A DNA stretch of 64,000 nucleotides, taken from the IMG/VR virus record IMGVR_UViG_2744054962_000001. One strand, 5' to 3'. Positions within the stretch are counted from its first letter, which is position 1. Each line of letters starts with the position of its first letter. The notes under the pieces were generated by a model. That model did not search any database. It worked only from the letters and a program-made list of their open reading frames with translations, and was not told the origin of the DNA. The position numbers and the translations under genes were made by a program. Positions 1-10,016 of the stretch are shown here, piece after piece. Origin of the DNA: a virus. Its lineage: Duplodnaviria; Heunggongvirae; Uroviricota; Caudoviricetes.

Positions 1-933
1 ATCGCTGCCAATCCATTTCACCGAATACGGCGGGTTAGAAACGATGGCATCAAACGGTTTTTCATCTCTGAAGTGCGGTTCAGTCAGCGTATTACCCAGC
101 TTGATATCAAACTTGTCGTAGTTGATGTTGTGCAAAAACATGTTCATACGCGCCAGGTTATAGGTCGTATGGTTGATTTCCTGACCGAAAAAGCCTTCTT
201 CGATGATATGGTTATCAAACTGTTTTTTCGCCTGCAACAACAGTGAGCCGGAACCCGCTGCCGGGTCGTAGATTTTGTTAACGCTGGTCTGCCCGTGCAT
301 AGCCAGTTGTGCAATCAGCTTGGAGACGTGCTGCGGTGTAAAGAACTCACCGCCTGACTTACCGGCATTTGCCGCATAGTTAGAAATCAGGAACTCATAG
401 GCATCACCGAACAGGTCAATCTGATGTTCGTTAAAGTCACCAAGTTTTAACCCTTCAACCCCTTTCAGAACCGCAGCCAGGCGGGCATTTTTATCTTTAA
501 CGGTGTTACCCAGGCGGTTACTGGTGGTATCGAAATCAGCAAACAAACCTTTGATGTCAGCTTCTGAAGGATAACCGTAAGCAGAACTTTCGATAGCAAC
601 GAAGATACTGTTTAAATCTGCATTCAATCTGTCATTGGTATTTGCTTTCGCAGCTACGTTGCAGAAAAGCTGGCTTGGGTAGATGAAGTAGCCTTTGGTT
701 TTGATGGCATCGTCTTTAATGTCATCAGTAATTACGCTGTCATCCAGTTTCGCATAACAGATACTGTCATCACCGGCTTCAATATAACTGGAAAAATTTT
801 CGCTGATAAAACGGTAGAAAAGTGCGCCCAGAACGTATTGCTTAAAATCCCATCCGTCAACAGAACCTCTGACATCATTGGCAATTTGCCAGATCTGGCG
901 ATGAAGCTCTGCACGTTGTTGAATACTTGTCAT
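1..933 (-). CDS. hsdM: Type I restriction-modification DNA methyltransferase subunit (HsdM-like), N-terminal 311 codons only; gene continues beyond window start
   Basis: Minus-strand frame open to position 1, ATG at 933 ([15 protein letters not shown]..); HsdM-type N-terminal region ([19 protein letters not shown]), AdoMet motif [11 protein letters not shown] and NPPY motif at the window edge; absent from ORF track because truncated. Confidence 0.85.
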   Translation of the reverse strand, partial: MTSIQQRAELHRQIWQIANDVRGSVDGWDFKQYVLGALFYRFISENFSSYIEAGDDSICYAKLDDSVITDDIKDDAIKTKGYFIYPSQLFCNVAAKANTNDRLNADLNSIFVAIESSAYGYPSEADIKGLFADFDTTSNRLGNTVKDKNARLAAVLKGVEGLKLGDFNEHQIDLFGDAYEFLISNYAANAGKSGGEFFTPQHVSKLIAQLAMHGQTSVNKIYDPAAGSGSLLLQAKKQFDNHIIEEGFFGQEINHTTYNLARMNMFLHNINYDKFDIKLGNTLTEPHFRDEKPFDAIVSNPPYSVKWIGSD

Positions 934-1361
934 TTTCATCCACTTATTTCAGGTTTAAGTAATTGGATGTGATTCTACAGCAACTTGGATGCTTTAGCAG
1001 TTCGGACATTAGGTAACGAATGACCTAATTAGAGCTTTTTGGAAAAGCGGTATTGTCGGTGCGATGATAGCTATGTTTGGGTGCGCGATGGTGCAATACA
1101 ATGACGGTGAAAAGGTAAGCATCCAGTTCGATGGCTGGTATTGGCTTGGATAGCCTGCCAAAAAACGCAGATAAAGCCTGTCAGCAATACGGAAAGTCTA
1201 AAGCTGTATATCTGCATAGCGCGAACGCTAACCCTCATCTTGCGCCTGGTACGGGTGTTCAGAATACCATCTGGAAATGTGAGCCTTAAACATGAGCAAC
1301 TGGAACATAGCAGCCAAAAGCCAGGAAGAAAGGAATAAAGTTAACGTTGACCTGGCTGCCA

Positions 1362-1370
1362 GGGGGGGGG
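1362..1370. repeat. G9 homopolymeric tract in hsdM / umuD-like intergenic region
   Basis: Nine consecutive G read directly; lies within fragmented short ORFs. Confidence 0.9.
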
Positions 1371-1605
1371 TGCCTACAAAGAGCGATTGAACATACCCGT
1401 CATAGCGGAACAGGTAGCCCGTGAGCAACCTGAGAACCTGCGCACATATTTCATGGAACGGCTACGGCACTACCGGCAGTTAAGCCTCCTGCTGCCAAAA
1501 GGAAACGATCCGGTATATCAGAAAGAAGATATAGCCAAAAAATAACGCGCCACCAGACGAGCGCAAAGCATCGCGCTATTGCACACTTCAAGCATCTTTA
1601 ATGTA

Positions 1606-1625
1606 TACTGTATGGATGAACAGTA
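1606..1625 (+). promoter_or_regulatory. LexA (SOS) box TACTGTATGGATGAACAGTA
   Basis: Fits TACTGT-N8-ACAGTA consensus; 18 nt upstream of ATG at 1644. Confidence 0.7.
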
Positions 1626-1643
1626 CTCTGAGGTGAAAACGCT

Positions 1644-2033
1644 ATGGGCTTCCCTTCTCCTGCGGCGGATTATGCTGAGAGCCGTATTTCTCTTGATCAG
1701 CAGATAATTAGACATCCTTCAGCGACCTACTTCTTGAGGGCAGCTGATAGCCATCATCGTGAGGGAATATTGCAGGGTGCATTGCTGGTGGTCGATTCCT
1801 CACTCACCCCGGTTGATGGTTCTCTGCTTGTATGCGCTCTGGATGGGGAATATCGCGTAAAAAGATACCGGAAGTATCCACGTCAGCATCTGGAGGATTT
1901 AAGAACCGGTAAGAAGGAAGCATTGCCAAAGGATGACGATGGATGCACGGGCAGCAATGCCGTGTTTGGTGTGATCACTCACATTATCAACGACGCAAGA
2001 AGTGGCGAGTTTGATGATTGTCCCGTGATGTAG
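1644..2033 (+). CDS. UmuD-like S24 peptidase lacking the N-terminal arm (UmuD'-like), no adjacent umuC
   Basis: 129 aa starting MGFPSPAADY, colinear with UmuD from Gly25; Ser (ADSH) and Lys (RVKRY) dyad positions retained; GAGG RBS; LexA box upstream. Confidence 0.75.
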   Translation: MGFPSPAADYAESRISLDQQIIRHPSATYFLRAADSHHREGILQGALLVVDSSLTPVDGSLLVCALDGEYRVKRYRKYPRQHLEDLRTGKKEALPKDDDGCTGSNAVFGVITHIINDARSGEFDDCPVM

Positions 2034-2046
2034 GAGAACTGATTAG

Positions 2047-2071
2047 GCGGTGCAATGCACCGCCTTTTTAT
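2047..2071. terminator. Rho-independent terminator between convergent umuD-like and apbC
   Basis: Palindrome GGCGGTGCA-A-TGCACCGCC followed by TTTTTA. Confidence 0.65.
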
Positions 2072-3171
2072 CACACTGCGCGGAATGCGATTTCGCCAGG
2101 TATTACTTCACCTTGCCAATACATTTGGGCAGCAACGTGATCTGCGAGGTCACGATAAATAGCCGTAAATTCGCTATCTGGACGACTAATAACGGTTGGT
2201 GTTCCGTTATCCAGATCTTCACGAAGAGAGATATGAAGTGGCATTTGGCCTAACAACTGCGTGTTGTATTTCTCGGCCAGTTTCTGTGCGCCACCGGTGC
2301 CAAAAATTGGCTCGTGATGACCGCAGTTACTGCAAATATGCACACTCATGTTTTCGACGATACCCAGTACCGGCACTTCGACTTTTTCGAACATCACAAT
2401 GCCTTTCTTCGCATCGATCAGCGCGATGTCTTGCGGCGTAGTTACCACAACCGCACCAGTTACAGGAATGTTCTGCGCCAGCGTCAACTGAATATCACCA
2501 GTGCCCGGCGGCATATCGAGAACGAGATAGTCCAGATCAGGCCACAGTGTTTCCTGCAACATCTGCATCAGCGCCTTGCTGGCCATCGGTCCACGCCACA
2601 CCATCGCATTGTCGTCAGTGACCAGATAACCAATTGAATTGGTTGCCAGGCCATGAGACATGATAGGTGCCATGTGAGTACCGTCAGGTGAGGTTGGACG
2701 TTGGTTTTCCGCGCCCAGCATGGTTGGAATTGATGGCCCGTAGATATCGGCATCCAAAATACCAACTTTCGCACCTTCAGCCGCCAGCGCCAGCGCCAGG
2801 TTTACCGCCGTGGAGGATTTACCCACGCCGCCTTTACCGGAGCTGACCGCAATGATGTTCTTCACGCCATTAATGCCTGGTTGGTTTTTGACGCGCTTAA
2901 GCGTGGCAATGTTGTACGACAGCTTCCAGTCAATAGCCTTTGCGCCAGTGATACGGAGCAGATCACCACTACATTGCTCTTTCAGATCTTCAAAAGGCTT
3001 ATTCCACACGAAAGGCATGATTAGTTCGACATGCAGTGTGTCATCCATCAACGCAACATGGTGTAACGCTTTAAGCGTAGTCAGGTTGTGTTTCAGGGTT
3101 GGGTGCTGAAAATTAGCCAGCGTACCGGCTACCATTGCTCTCAGGGCATCCGGCGATTTGGACTCGCTCAT
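2071..3171 (-). CDS. apbC: Iron-sulfur cluster carrier ATPase ApbC/Mrp
   Basis: 366 aa; P-loop SSGKGGVGKSS; near-identity to enterobacterial Mrp as recalled; divergent from metG. Confidence 0.95.
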   Translation of the reverse strand: MSESKSPDALRAMVAGTLANFQHPTLKHNLTTLKALHHVALMDDTLHVELIMPFVWNKPFEDLKEQCSGDLLRITGAKAIDWKLSYNIATLKRVKNQPGINGVKNIIAVSSGKGGVGKSSTAVNLALALAAEGAKVGILDADIYGPSIPTMLGAENQRPTSPDGTHMAPIMSHGLATNSIGYLVTDDNAMVWRGPMASKALMQMLQETLWPDLDYLVLDMPPGTGDIQLTLAQNIPVTGAVVVTTPQDIALIDAKKGIVMFEKVEVPVLGIVENMSVHICSNCGHHEPIFGTGGAQKLAEKYNTQLLGQMPLHISLREDLDNGTPTVISRPDSEFTAIYRDLADHVAAQMYWQGEVIPGEIAFRAV

Positions 3172-3328
3172 CCCGTCTCCTTTATTTTAATTTGCGCAAT
3201 TGTCGCCTTGTAGTGTACTCCAGCTACGACATTTAATCATTTATGAGAAATGCTGTTATCACATGGCAGACATAAGGCCATTTTGTTACTATCAAGCCCC
3301 TTTTCACTACAAAGAAGTAATGCCTACT

Positions 3329-5362
3329 ATGACCCAAGTCGCGAAGAAAATTCTGGTGACGTGCGCGCTGCCGTACGCTAACGGCTCAATCCACCTCGGC
3401 CATATGCTGGAGCACATCCAGGCTGATGTCTGGGTTCGTTACCAGCGAATGCGCGGCCACGAGGTTAATTTCATCTGTGCCGACGATGCCCACGGTACGC
3501 CGATCATGCTGAAAGCGCAGCAGCTTGGTATCACACCGGAGCAGATGATTGGCGAAATGAGTCAGGAACACCAGACTGATTTCGCAGGCTTTAACATCAG
3601 CTATGACAACTATCACTCGACGCACAGCGAAGAGAACCGTCAGTTGTCTGAGCTTATCTATACTCGCCTGAAAGAGAACGGTTTTATTAAAAACCGCACT
3701 ATCTCTCAGTTGTACGACCCGGAAAAAGGCATGTTCCTGCCGGATCGTTTTGTAAAAGGCACCTGCCCGAAATGTAAAGCGCCAGATCAATACGGCGATA
3801 ACTGTGAAGTCTGCGGCGCAACATATAGCCCGACTGAATTGATCGAGCCGAAATCGGTGGTTTCTGGCGCTACCCCGGTAATGCGTGATTCCGAACACTT
3901 CTTCTTTGATCTGCCTTCTTTCAGCGAAATGTTGCAGGCATGGACCCGCAGCGGCGCGTTGCAGGAGCAGGTGGCGAACAAAATGCAGGAATGGTTTGAA
4001 TCCGGCCTGCAACAGTGGGATATCTCCCGAGATGCGCCTTACTTCGGTTTTGAAATTCCGAACGCGCCGGGCAAATATTTCTACGTCTGGCTGGACGCGC
4101 CGATTGGCTACATGGGTTCCTTCAAGAATCTGTGCGACAAGCGCGGCGATACCACCAGCTTCGATGAATACTGGAAGAAAGACTCCACCGCCGAGCTGTA
4201 CCACTTCATCGGTAAAGATATTGTTTACTTCCACAGCCTGTTCTGGCCTGCCATGCTGGAAGGCAGCAACTTCCGCAAGCCGACCAACCTGTTTGTTCAC
4301 GGCTATGTGACGGTGAACGGCGCGAAGATGTCCAAGTCTCGCGGCACCTTTATTAAAGCCAGCACCTGGCTGAATCATTTTGACGCCGACAGCCTGCGTT
4401 ACTACTACACTGCGAAACTCTCTTCGCGCATTGATGATATCGATCTCAACCTGGAGGATTTCGTTCAGCGCGTGAATGCCGATATCGTGAACAAAGTGGT
4501 TAACCTGGCCTCCCGTAATGCAGGCTTTATCAACAAGCGTTTTGACGGCGTGCTGGCAAGCGAACTGGCTGACCCGCAACTGTACAAAACCTTTACTGAT
4601 GCCGCTGAAGTGATTGGCGAAGCATGGGAAAGCCGCGAATTTGGTAAAGCTATCCGTGAAATCATGGCATTGGCTGACCTGGCTAACCGCTATGTCGATG
4701 AACAGGCTCCGTGGGTGGTGGCGAAGCAGGAAGGACGCGATGCCGATCTGCAGGCGATTTGCTCTATGGGCATTAACCTGTTCCGCGTGCTGATGACGTA
4801 CCTGAAGCCGGTACTGCCGAAACTGACTGAACGTGCAGAAGCATTCCTGAATACAGAACTGACCTGGGATGGTATCCAGCAACCGCTGCTGGGCCATAAA
4901 GTAAATCCGTTCAAGGCACTGTATAACCGCATCGATATGAAGCAGGTTGAAGCACTGGTGGAAGCATCCAAAGAAGAAGTGAAAGCCACAGCCGCACCGG
5001 TAACTGGCCCACTGGCTGACGACCCGATTCAGGAAACTATCACCTTTGACGACTTCGCCAAAGTTGACCTGCGCGTGGCGCTGATTGAAAACGCAGAGTT
5101 TGTAGAAGGTTCTGACAAACTGCTTCGCCTGACGCTGGATCTCGGTGGTGAAAAGCGTAATGTCTTCTCAGGCATCCGTTCCGCTTATCCAGATCCACAG
5201 GCACTGATTGGTCGTCACACCATTATGGTGGCTAACCTGGCACCACGTAAAATGCGCTTCGGTATCTCCGAAGGCATGGTGATGGCTGCTGGCCCTGGCG
5301 GAAAAGATATCTTCCTGTTAAGCCCGGATACCGGTGCTAAACCTGGCCACCAGGTTAAGTAA
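3329..5362 (+). CDS. metG: Methionyl-tRNA synthetase
   Basis: ORF track starts at 3200 but conserved N-terminus [25 protein letters not shown] begins at ATG 3329; 677 aa; C-terminal tRNA-binding domain present. Confidence 0.97.
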   Translation: MTQVAKKILVTCALPYANGSIHLGHMLEHIQADVWVRYQRMRGHEVNFICADDAHGTPIMLKAQQLGITPEQMIGEMSQEHQTDFAGFNISYDNYHSTHSEENRQLSELIYTRLKENGFIKNRTISQLYDPEKGMFLPDRFVKGTCPKCKAPDQYGDNCEVCGATYSPTELIEPKSVVSGATPVMRDSEHFFFDLPSFSEMLQAWTRSGALQEQVANKMQEWFESGLQQWDISRDAPYFGFEIPNAPGKYFYVWLDAPIGYMGSFKNLCDKRGDTTSFDEYWKKDSTAELYHFIGKDIVYFHSLFWPAMLEGSNFRKPTNLFVHGYVTVNGAKMSKSRGTFIKASTWLNHFDADSLRYYYTAKLSSRIDDIDLNLEDFVQRVNADIVNKVVNLASRNAGFINKRFDGVLASELADPQLYKTFTDAAEVIGEAWESREFGKAIREIMALADLANRYVDEQAPWVVAKQEGRDADLQAICSMGINLFRVLMTYLKPVLPKLTERAEAFLNTELTWDGIQQPLLGHKVNPFKALYNRIDMKQVEALVEASKEEVKATAAPVTGPLADDPIQETITFDDFAKVDLRVALIENAEFVEGSDKLLRLTLDLGGEKRNVFSGIRSAYPDPQALIGRHTIMVANLAPRKMRFGISEGMVMAAGPGGKDIFLLSPDTGAKPGHQVK

Positions 5363-5382
5363 TTAAACAACCTCTGTTCGCA

Positions 5383-5409
5383 ATGCCCGGCAACACGCTG
5401 GGCATTTTC
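5383..5409 (+). terminator. metG terminator
   Basis: ATGCCCGG...CTGGGCAT inverted repeat followed by TTTT. Confidence 0.55.
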
Positions 5410-5445
5410 ATATAGACACAATCCCTCCTGATTTACACAAGCCCT

Positions 5446-5460
5446 AAAACAATTTGTTTT
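5446..5460. promoter_or_regulatory. Palindromic operator-like site AAAACAATTTGTTTT
   Basis: Perfect 15-bp palindrome; first copy of the repeated AAACAAnTTGTTT family. Confidence 0.5.
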
Positions 5461-5478
5461 CTACCTTTTGTTGATTGA

Positions 5479-5510
5479 GATAATAAGCCACATAAGAAAA
5501 CAAATTGTTT
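5479..5510 (+). promoter_or_regulatory. Early promoter/operator motif (GATAAT..ACA..GAAAACAAATTGTTT)
   Basis: Palindrome AAACAA-A-TTGTTT immediately upstream of RBS AGGAG and ATG 5516. Confidence 0.5.
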
Positions 5511-5515
5511 AGGAG

Positions 5516-5764
5516 ATGAAGATGTTTGGAACAGCAAAAGAAATCATCGAGAAACTGAAAAACTATCCAGAAGACGAACCCTTACTCATGGTTATGTGGC
5601 ACAAAGAAGATATTGCTGAAGTAAGGACAGATCTCACTGATGAACAATGCGTACAGGTGATGCAAAAAATCAGACAATGCCATAACGCTGATGTCGGCGT
5701 TAATTGGGAGGTTATATCAACTACGGCGAATGAGTTGTTTCCGAACGAGGTGGTAAAATGCTGA
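5516..5764 (+). CDS. Hypothetical early protein (82 aa)
   Basis: ORF with AGGAG RBS; start 5516 or 5522. Confidence 0.5.
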   Translation: MKMFGTAKEIIEKLKNYPEDEPLLMVMWHKEDIAEVRTDLTDEQCVQVMQKIRQCHNADVGVNWEVISTTANELFPNEVVKC

Positions 5765-5946
5765 AACTCACCAAATTGTATAAGACGACAGTTAGTAGCC
5801 CTACCCTCGTTACACAGCATGACTCTGAGTGTCTACCAAATATCTGTTTCGAGCACCATACGATCTCGGACTCAATTGGGTACAGAAACGGAGTATGGGG
5901 GAGTCAGGGGAGGGAAGAAAAGCTGCGTGATTACGGTGTCACATAG
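5758..5946 (+). CDS. Hypothetical small protein (62 aa)
   Basis: ATG overlaps upstream stop (ATGCTGA), suggesting translational coupling; no recognised domain. Confidence 0.3.
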   Translation: MLKLTKLYKTTVSSPTLVTQHDSECLPNICFEHHTISDSIGYRNGVWGSQGREEKLRDYGVT

Positions 5947-6058
5947 CAAACCATCAAGAACATTCGAAAGGTGCTCGATGTAGGATTTGATGCGGTACAA
6001 TTCCACCCTGACGCTGAAATAGACGATGGTCTGGAAAATTGGAAATTGTGAGGGATAA

Positions 6059-6457
6059 ATGAAATATGCACCATTGGCACTAATATTTTTTGTGCTTTCT
6101 GCTAATGCCACGCCAGTTGAAGAGCCTAACACTATCGTGTACCCACGATGCATGAAAATAGATCCGGAAACACACAAGCAATTACCTGGTTACAATATTG
6201 TTATGGATATAGGGAATAAATTTAAAATCGTTTCCCCAAATGGGAATTCGGTGATATCCATCTCGCTTGCCCAAAGTGAAAAAGATAGGAACATGTTCGA
6301 CGCCTCAGTCGGCGATGTTTACTTCTCTCGTTACCATGTTCAACCTGATGGGAACTTTCTATACTCAGCCTGGAGTGAAAAGGCGAAAGTTACAGTGCTG
6401 TGTAATGGTAAAAGCGGTGAGCGGCATTACGTTGACCCTATTCATTTCGAGAACTGA
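6059..6457 (+). CDS. Hypothetical exported protein with N-terminal signal peptide
   Basis: MKYAPLALIFFVLSANA-TPVEE signal-peptide-like N-terminus; GAGGG RBS. Confidence 0.6.
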   Translation: MKYAPLALIFFVLSANATPVEEPNTIVYPRCMKIDPETHKQLPGYNIVMDIGNKFKIVSPNGNSVISISLAQSEKDRNMFDASVGDVYFSRYHVQPDGNFLYSAWSEKAKVTVLCNGKSGERHYVDPIHFEN

Positions 6458-6589
6458 CTACACAAGTAAACAAATCAATCAGTTGATAATGGCGGTCACA
6501 ATTTGATTCTTTTCTATAAGAATCCGTTGATCGCCACTACTCCCCTTCCATACCTGCAATCACATCCTTAAATATCAATAAGTTATGGT

Positions 6590-7370
6590 TGTTTATACAA
6601 ACAAGAAAACAACTGAATAACAGATCAACGAAACGTCAATGCTTTCTCCCGATTTGGTCTAAAAAATTGACGTTTTCACACATCACTTCTTATACCCGTA
6701 ATTCTACGCAGCATATAGCGCCACAGCGTCCAAATTTCACCACAGACGACCCAACACACTACCAACAAAAACACACGCTCAAAATCGCTCCCGTTGCGTT
6801 ACACAACCATATAAACAACTTATTTTCAGGCATAACAAAACAACTAAATAACACACATGCCATTCCCCAAAACAACCAACCTCTTTATGGCAGGCTACCG
6901 AAAAGACCCACCTCTTCTCCCCAGGCTACCGGACAACCAACCTAACTTTCACAGGCAATCCGAAAACATTCATACGCGCGATACCCACGACACGCCATTC
7001 CCCAAACAGCGAAGAAACACCAGAATCACTGAAACCCCAACGAAGCCTGTAACAGCAAGGTTTCTCTCAATCCCAAAAGACACGAAACATAACAATCACG
7101 GGAAACGCCATTACCCAATACACGAATAACTACAAAAGCCCTTCACACTACAGACAAACAACTCAAACACAATAACGAAAGGAATCGCCCACCTGCCATT
7201 ACTCCATACACGGAGAAGAACAATCACCAAAACGACGAGAACACCCCATAGAAGAACCACCGCAAAACTAACGAAACCACATACACCGACAGGGAAAACA
7301 ACACACCCAATTCACCAACAGAAATAGTCGCCGTATAGAACGTTCTGGAAGGAGTGAGCATTAACGCCTA
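6590..7370 (+). other. A+C-rich, G-depleted stretch with no credible ORF (candidate untranslated RNA / Rho-loading region)
   Basis: Top strand dominated by A and C with CAA/ACA/CCAAC motifs; ORF-track ORFs here translate to low-complexity P/T/Q/N-rich peptides. Confidence 0.55.
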
Positions 7371-7537
7371 TAGAGAGGTTGAGACAGATAAAACACGAAG
7401 AAAACACAACATGTATAGCGAAGAAGCCAGGTATGTATAAGTGGGGAGGGAAGGAGGGGTGTCGCCTCCTTTTTCGTATTTATTCAACTCCTGATTTTAT
7501 CCCCCGTAACACCCCTACGGTCAGCCTTCGGTCCATA

Positions 7538-7676
7538 CAGGGAAAAGGTTGCATCCCGCTACAGAAACGGCTGGGTTGCCTTCGGGGAACGGCTGGAGGT
7601 TTTCAGGGAAACGGTCGAGTTGCCTGTGTGGATTTCGGGAAAAGGCTCGATGCCGGTTCAGGAACGGCGGCGTACC
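7538..7676 (+). repeat. Array of six direct repeats (iterons), consensus approx GGGAAACGGCTGGGTTGCC
   Basis: Six copies at roughly 21-32 bp spacing: 7538, 7562, 7583, 7604, 7636, 7659. Confidence 0.7.
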
Positions 7677-7987
7677 GGTATAGCGTGAGGGAGAGTTGCG
7701 GCTACCCACCTGTAATGTGCGGGAAGAAGAGAGGCGCTCACGTGCAGGCGAACTTACTTACCGCTGGATTCCCTCTGAATGCCCAGCTACAGCGTAATTG
7801 TGCCAGACAGCCAACGGGTCACAATCGATTTCAGTAGGTTTTCGGGGAGAGGATTATTCTGCCCACCAGCCACCTTCGGCCACTAAATCAGAATAATGTA
7901 AAAAGTGTACTCGATACTGAACCTGAAAACTCACTGCCAAAACAACATTCACCGGAATAAAATCCTTTTTCGCCTGTGCGTTATTGC

Positions 7988-8019
7988 GATAATAACACCA
8001 ACGAGAAAACAAGTTGTTT
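7988..8019 (+). promoter_or_regulatory. Conserved early promoter/operator (GATAATAACACCAACGAGAAAACAAGTTGTTT)
   Basis: One of four near-identical 32-bp copies (7988, 8471, 10126, 10610) ending in the AAACAAnTTGTTT palindrome; upstream of ATG 8032. Confidence 0.6.
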
Positions 8020-8031
8020 AAGGATTGCTTT

Positions 8032-8361
8032 ATGTTTGCAAATATCGACATCAACCAAATCAAGAAATTAACTCAAAAAGAGTTTGATCAGTTTTATGAG
8101 TTAGAAGGTTGGTCTTCCACTCTGATTAATTCAAGATGGGTGCTGGAGCTGATGACTCGTGATGACGCACCTGCTTTGATGATTTGCGACATGGGTGAAG
8201 ATGCTGACTTTATGGATATGAGCGAATTTTGTGTGGACACATACAACCGCAGCCAGAAGTACTACTTCACATGCGATAGCGAAAATGACGTGATTTCTAA
8301 GGTCTATCTTCACCTCGTCCAGCATTGGGACGTTCAGGAGTTTCTTGAGGTATTCGCGTAA
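8032..8361 (+). CDS. Hypothetical early protein (109 aa)
   Basis: ORF track 8014..8361; ATG 8032 preferred (AAGGA RBS, downstream of operator). Confidence 0.55.
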   Translation: MFANIDINQIKKLTQKEFDQFYELEGWSSTLINSRWVLELMTRDDAPALMICDMGEDADFMDMSEFCVDTYNRSQKYYFTCDSENDVISKVYLHLVQHWDVQEFLEVFA

Positions 8362-8470
8362 TCCCAACCAAAGCCAGCAATGCTGGCTTAATTTCTCTAT
8401 AGCCGCAGGGAGGAACCTGCATATCGATCATGCACCTGATCATTATGCTTTGTAGCCGTTTTCTTACTGG

Positions 8471-8503
8471 TATTATTTACGCCATTGAGAAAACAAGTTG
8501 TTT
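8471..8503 (+). promoter_or_regulatory. Conserved early promoter/operator copy
   Basis: TATTATTTACGCCATTGAGAAAACAAGTTGTTT upstream of ATG 8515. Confidence 0.6.
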
Positions 8504-8514
8504 ACGGAGTTGTG

Positions 8515-8826
8515 ATGAAAAAATCATTGGTTCTTGGTCTGGACAAAGACCAGAAGAGAAAAGAGAAGCCTGCGCTGGTTGCTCAATTAACTTTGCTGGA
8601 CATCGTTGCCAATGGAACCTCTATTCGTCTGTTCCGTGAAACAGCGGTGTCTTTCGATAAAAACACCTTTACTCGTTATGTAATGAATGTTCGTCGCCAG
8701 CGTGGAAAAGGCTGGATGGCATTTCAAAGAATGTGGCCGGAACATCAGCTCGAACTGGCTTTGATGGAAGTTAACCGCGTGGCCCAGCAAGAAATTCAGA
8801 GAGCATCAGTGATGGCAATAGCCTGA
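8515..8826 (+). CDS. Hypothetical early protein (103 aa)
   Basis: ORF track 8485..8826; ATG 8515 lies after the operator. Confidence 0.55.
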   Translation: MKKSLVLGLDKDQKRKEKPALVAQLTLLDIVANGTSIRLFRETAVSFDKNTFTRYVMNVRRQRGKGWMAFQRMWPEHQLELALMEVNRVAQQEIQRASVMAIA

Positions 8827-8861
8827 TAATGTGCAAGTGGTAATTAGTCGACCGTACGACA

Positions 8862-8889
8862 GCCCCGCCATCCTTACGGGGCTTTTTTT
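8862..8889 (+). terminator. Rho-independent terminator
   Basis: GCCCCG..CGGGGC stem followed by TTTTTTT. Confidence 0.6.
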
Positions 8890-8953
8890 GTATTGTAAGT
8901 ACATACTTACGATCATAGAATATAAAAATAACCAATACACTACGGAGAGTGAA

Positions 8954-9349
8954 ATGACCGTTAAACGCGAAAAACTGACAGTTGATGTTTACTATGCCTC
9001 TGAAACCGCCGAAGGTAAGAATGTGGCAAAAATCACCGTTGTTACGTACAACACCGAAACTGGTGCCGAAGTCCAGGCCAGTACGATCGTGCGTAAAGGT
9101 GATGCCTCCGGCGGCGAGTACGCGACTCAATACCAGTCCATTCTCGATGCAACTGACCCGCTGCTGCTGAAAATCGAGAACTACTTCCGCCAGGTTGATG
9201 AGGAGGTGTTTGAAACCATGATGAATATGGTTAACACCGTATTCGCCTCCAGCCTGAATACCAACACTACCTGGATTGGTCAGTACGGCCTGCGCATTAC
9301 CTCCGGCATTCCTGCTGACACCTTAATCCCTGAAAGCGTATTCGCTTAA
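8954..9349 (+). CDS. Hypothetical protein (131 aa)
   Basis: ATG 8954 with GGAGAG RBS; upstream part of track ORF 8831..9349 overlaps the terminator. Confidence 0.55.
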   Translation: MTVKREKLTVDVYYASETAEGKNVAKITVVTYNTETGAEVQASTIVRKGDASGGEYATQYQSILDATDPLLLKIENYFRQVDEEVFETMMNMVNTVFASSLNTNTTWIGQYGLRITSGIPADTLIPESVFA

Positions 9350-9361
9350 TCCTCTTTGAAT

Positions 9362-9385
9362 GGCGCGTAAACCGCGCCATTTTCT
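9362..9385 (+). terminator. Rho-independent terminator
   Basis: GGCGCGTAAACCGCGCC hairpin followed by ATTTTCTT. Confidence 0.55.
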
Positions 9386-9392
9386 TATGCCC

Positions 9393-9408
9393 GATAACAA
9401 TTTGTTTT
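9393..9408. promoter_or_regulatory. Operator-like palindrome (GATAACAATTTGTTTT)
   Basis: Near-perfect member of the AAACAAnTTGTTT family. Confidence 0.45.
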
Positions 9409-9466
9409 CTGCCTTATCTGATTTGTGAAAATGATTTCACTGAAGCAACTTAATAAGGAAACCATC

Positions 9467-9841
9467 ATGGGACTTGATATCTATATCGAGACACAGCCTA
9501 AAAACGATCTGAATAACGAGGCATCCAGAAAGCAGGTTGCTTACTTCCGTAAGTTCAATGCGCTCGTTGGGTGGATGGAGCGCAACGTAGGTGAAGTCGA
9601 AAATTGTGAGCTTTTAGAATTAACGATGAATGACATTTGTTTTCTGAAGGCTCATTTGATGCACATAAACGAAAGTAATTGCGAAGAGTACTTGCCTACC
9701 CGGGAAGGTTTTTTCTTCGGCAGTCAGGAGTACGATGAAGGTTACTGGCATGATGTGGGGCAGTTGAAAGAGCTTGTGGAAGATCTGATTAAGAACCACG
9801 ACTTTCACAATAACAGACTGACCTTCTGCGCCTGGTGGTAA
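9467..9841 (+). CDS. Hypothetical protein (124 aa)
   Basis: ATG 9467 with AAGGA RBS (track ORF starts 9425). Confidence 0.5.
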   Translation: MGLDIYIETQPKNDLNNEASRKQVAYFRKFNALVGWMERNVGEVENCELLELTMNDICFLKAHLMHINESNCEEYLPTREGFFFGSQEYDEGYWHDVGQLKELVEDLIKNHDFHNNRLTFCAWW

Positions 9842-9844
9842 ATA

Positions 9845-9988
9845 TGGGCGATTTCAAGAAACGCCTGAAGGAAAGAGCCGAGATGGTCAGAAAGCAAAAC
9901 GCCTCTTCTGTCATCAGATACGCAAGGCAGTTTAGTCGCAACAACAAATCAGTTGAGGAAAAGATCCTTAGCGTAATCGGTCGATAAT
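9845..9988 (+). CDS. Possible small protein (47 aa)
   Basis: ATG 4 nt after upstream stop; below track size cut-off; no other support. Confidence 0.25.
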
Positions 9989-9992
9989 TATT

Positions 9993-10016
9993 AAGGCCAC
10001 CAGCATTGGTGGTCTT
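9993..10016 (+). terminator. Hairpin, copy 1 of repeated ATTAAGGCCACC..GGTGGCCTTAAATGAC element
   Basis: Inverted repeat AAGGCCACCAGCATTGGTGGTCTT; near-identical copy at 10464. Confidence 0.45.

Noticed and set aside
2196-2774. Several plus- and minus-strand ORFs of 68-107 aa
   Set aside because: All overlap apbC in alternative frames or antisense; no RBS or motif support.
3386-4897. 503-aa ORF on the minus strand
   Set aside because: Lies entirely antisense within metG, whose identity is unambiguous; long antisense ORFs are common in GC-balanced genes.
6589-7129. ORFs 6589..6945 and 6857..7129
   Set aside because: Translations are low-complexity (P/T/Q/N-rich) products of the A+C-rich stretch; no RBS; treated as non-coding.
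7379-7837. 152-aa ORF across the iteron array
   Set aside because: Glycine/arginine-rich translation produced by the G-rich direct repeats; no RBS; repeat structure explains the open frame.
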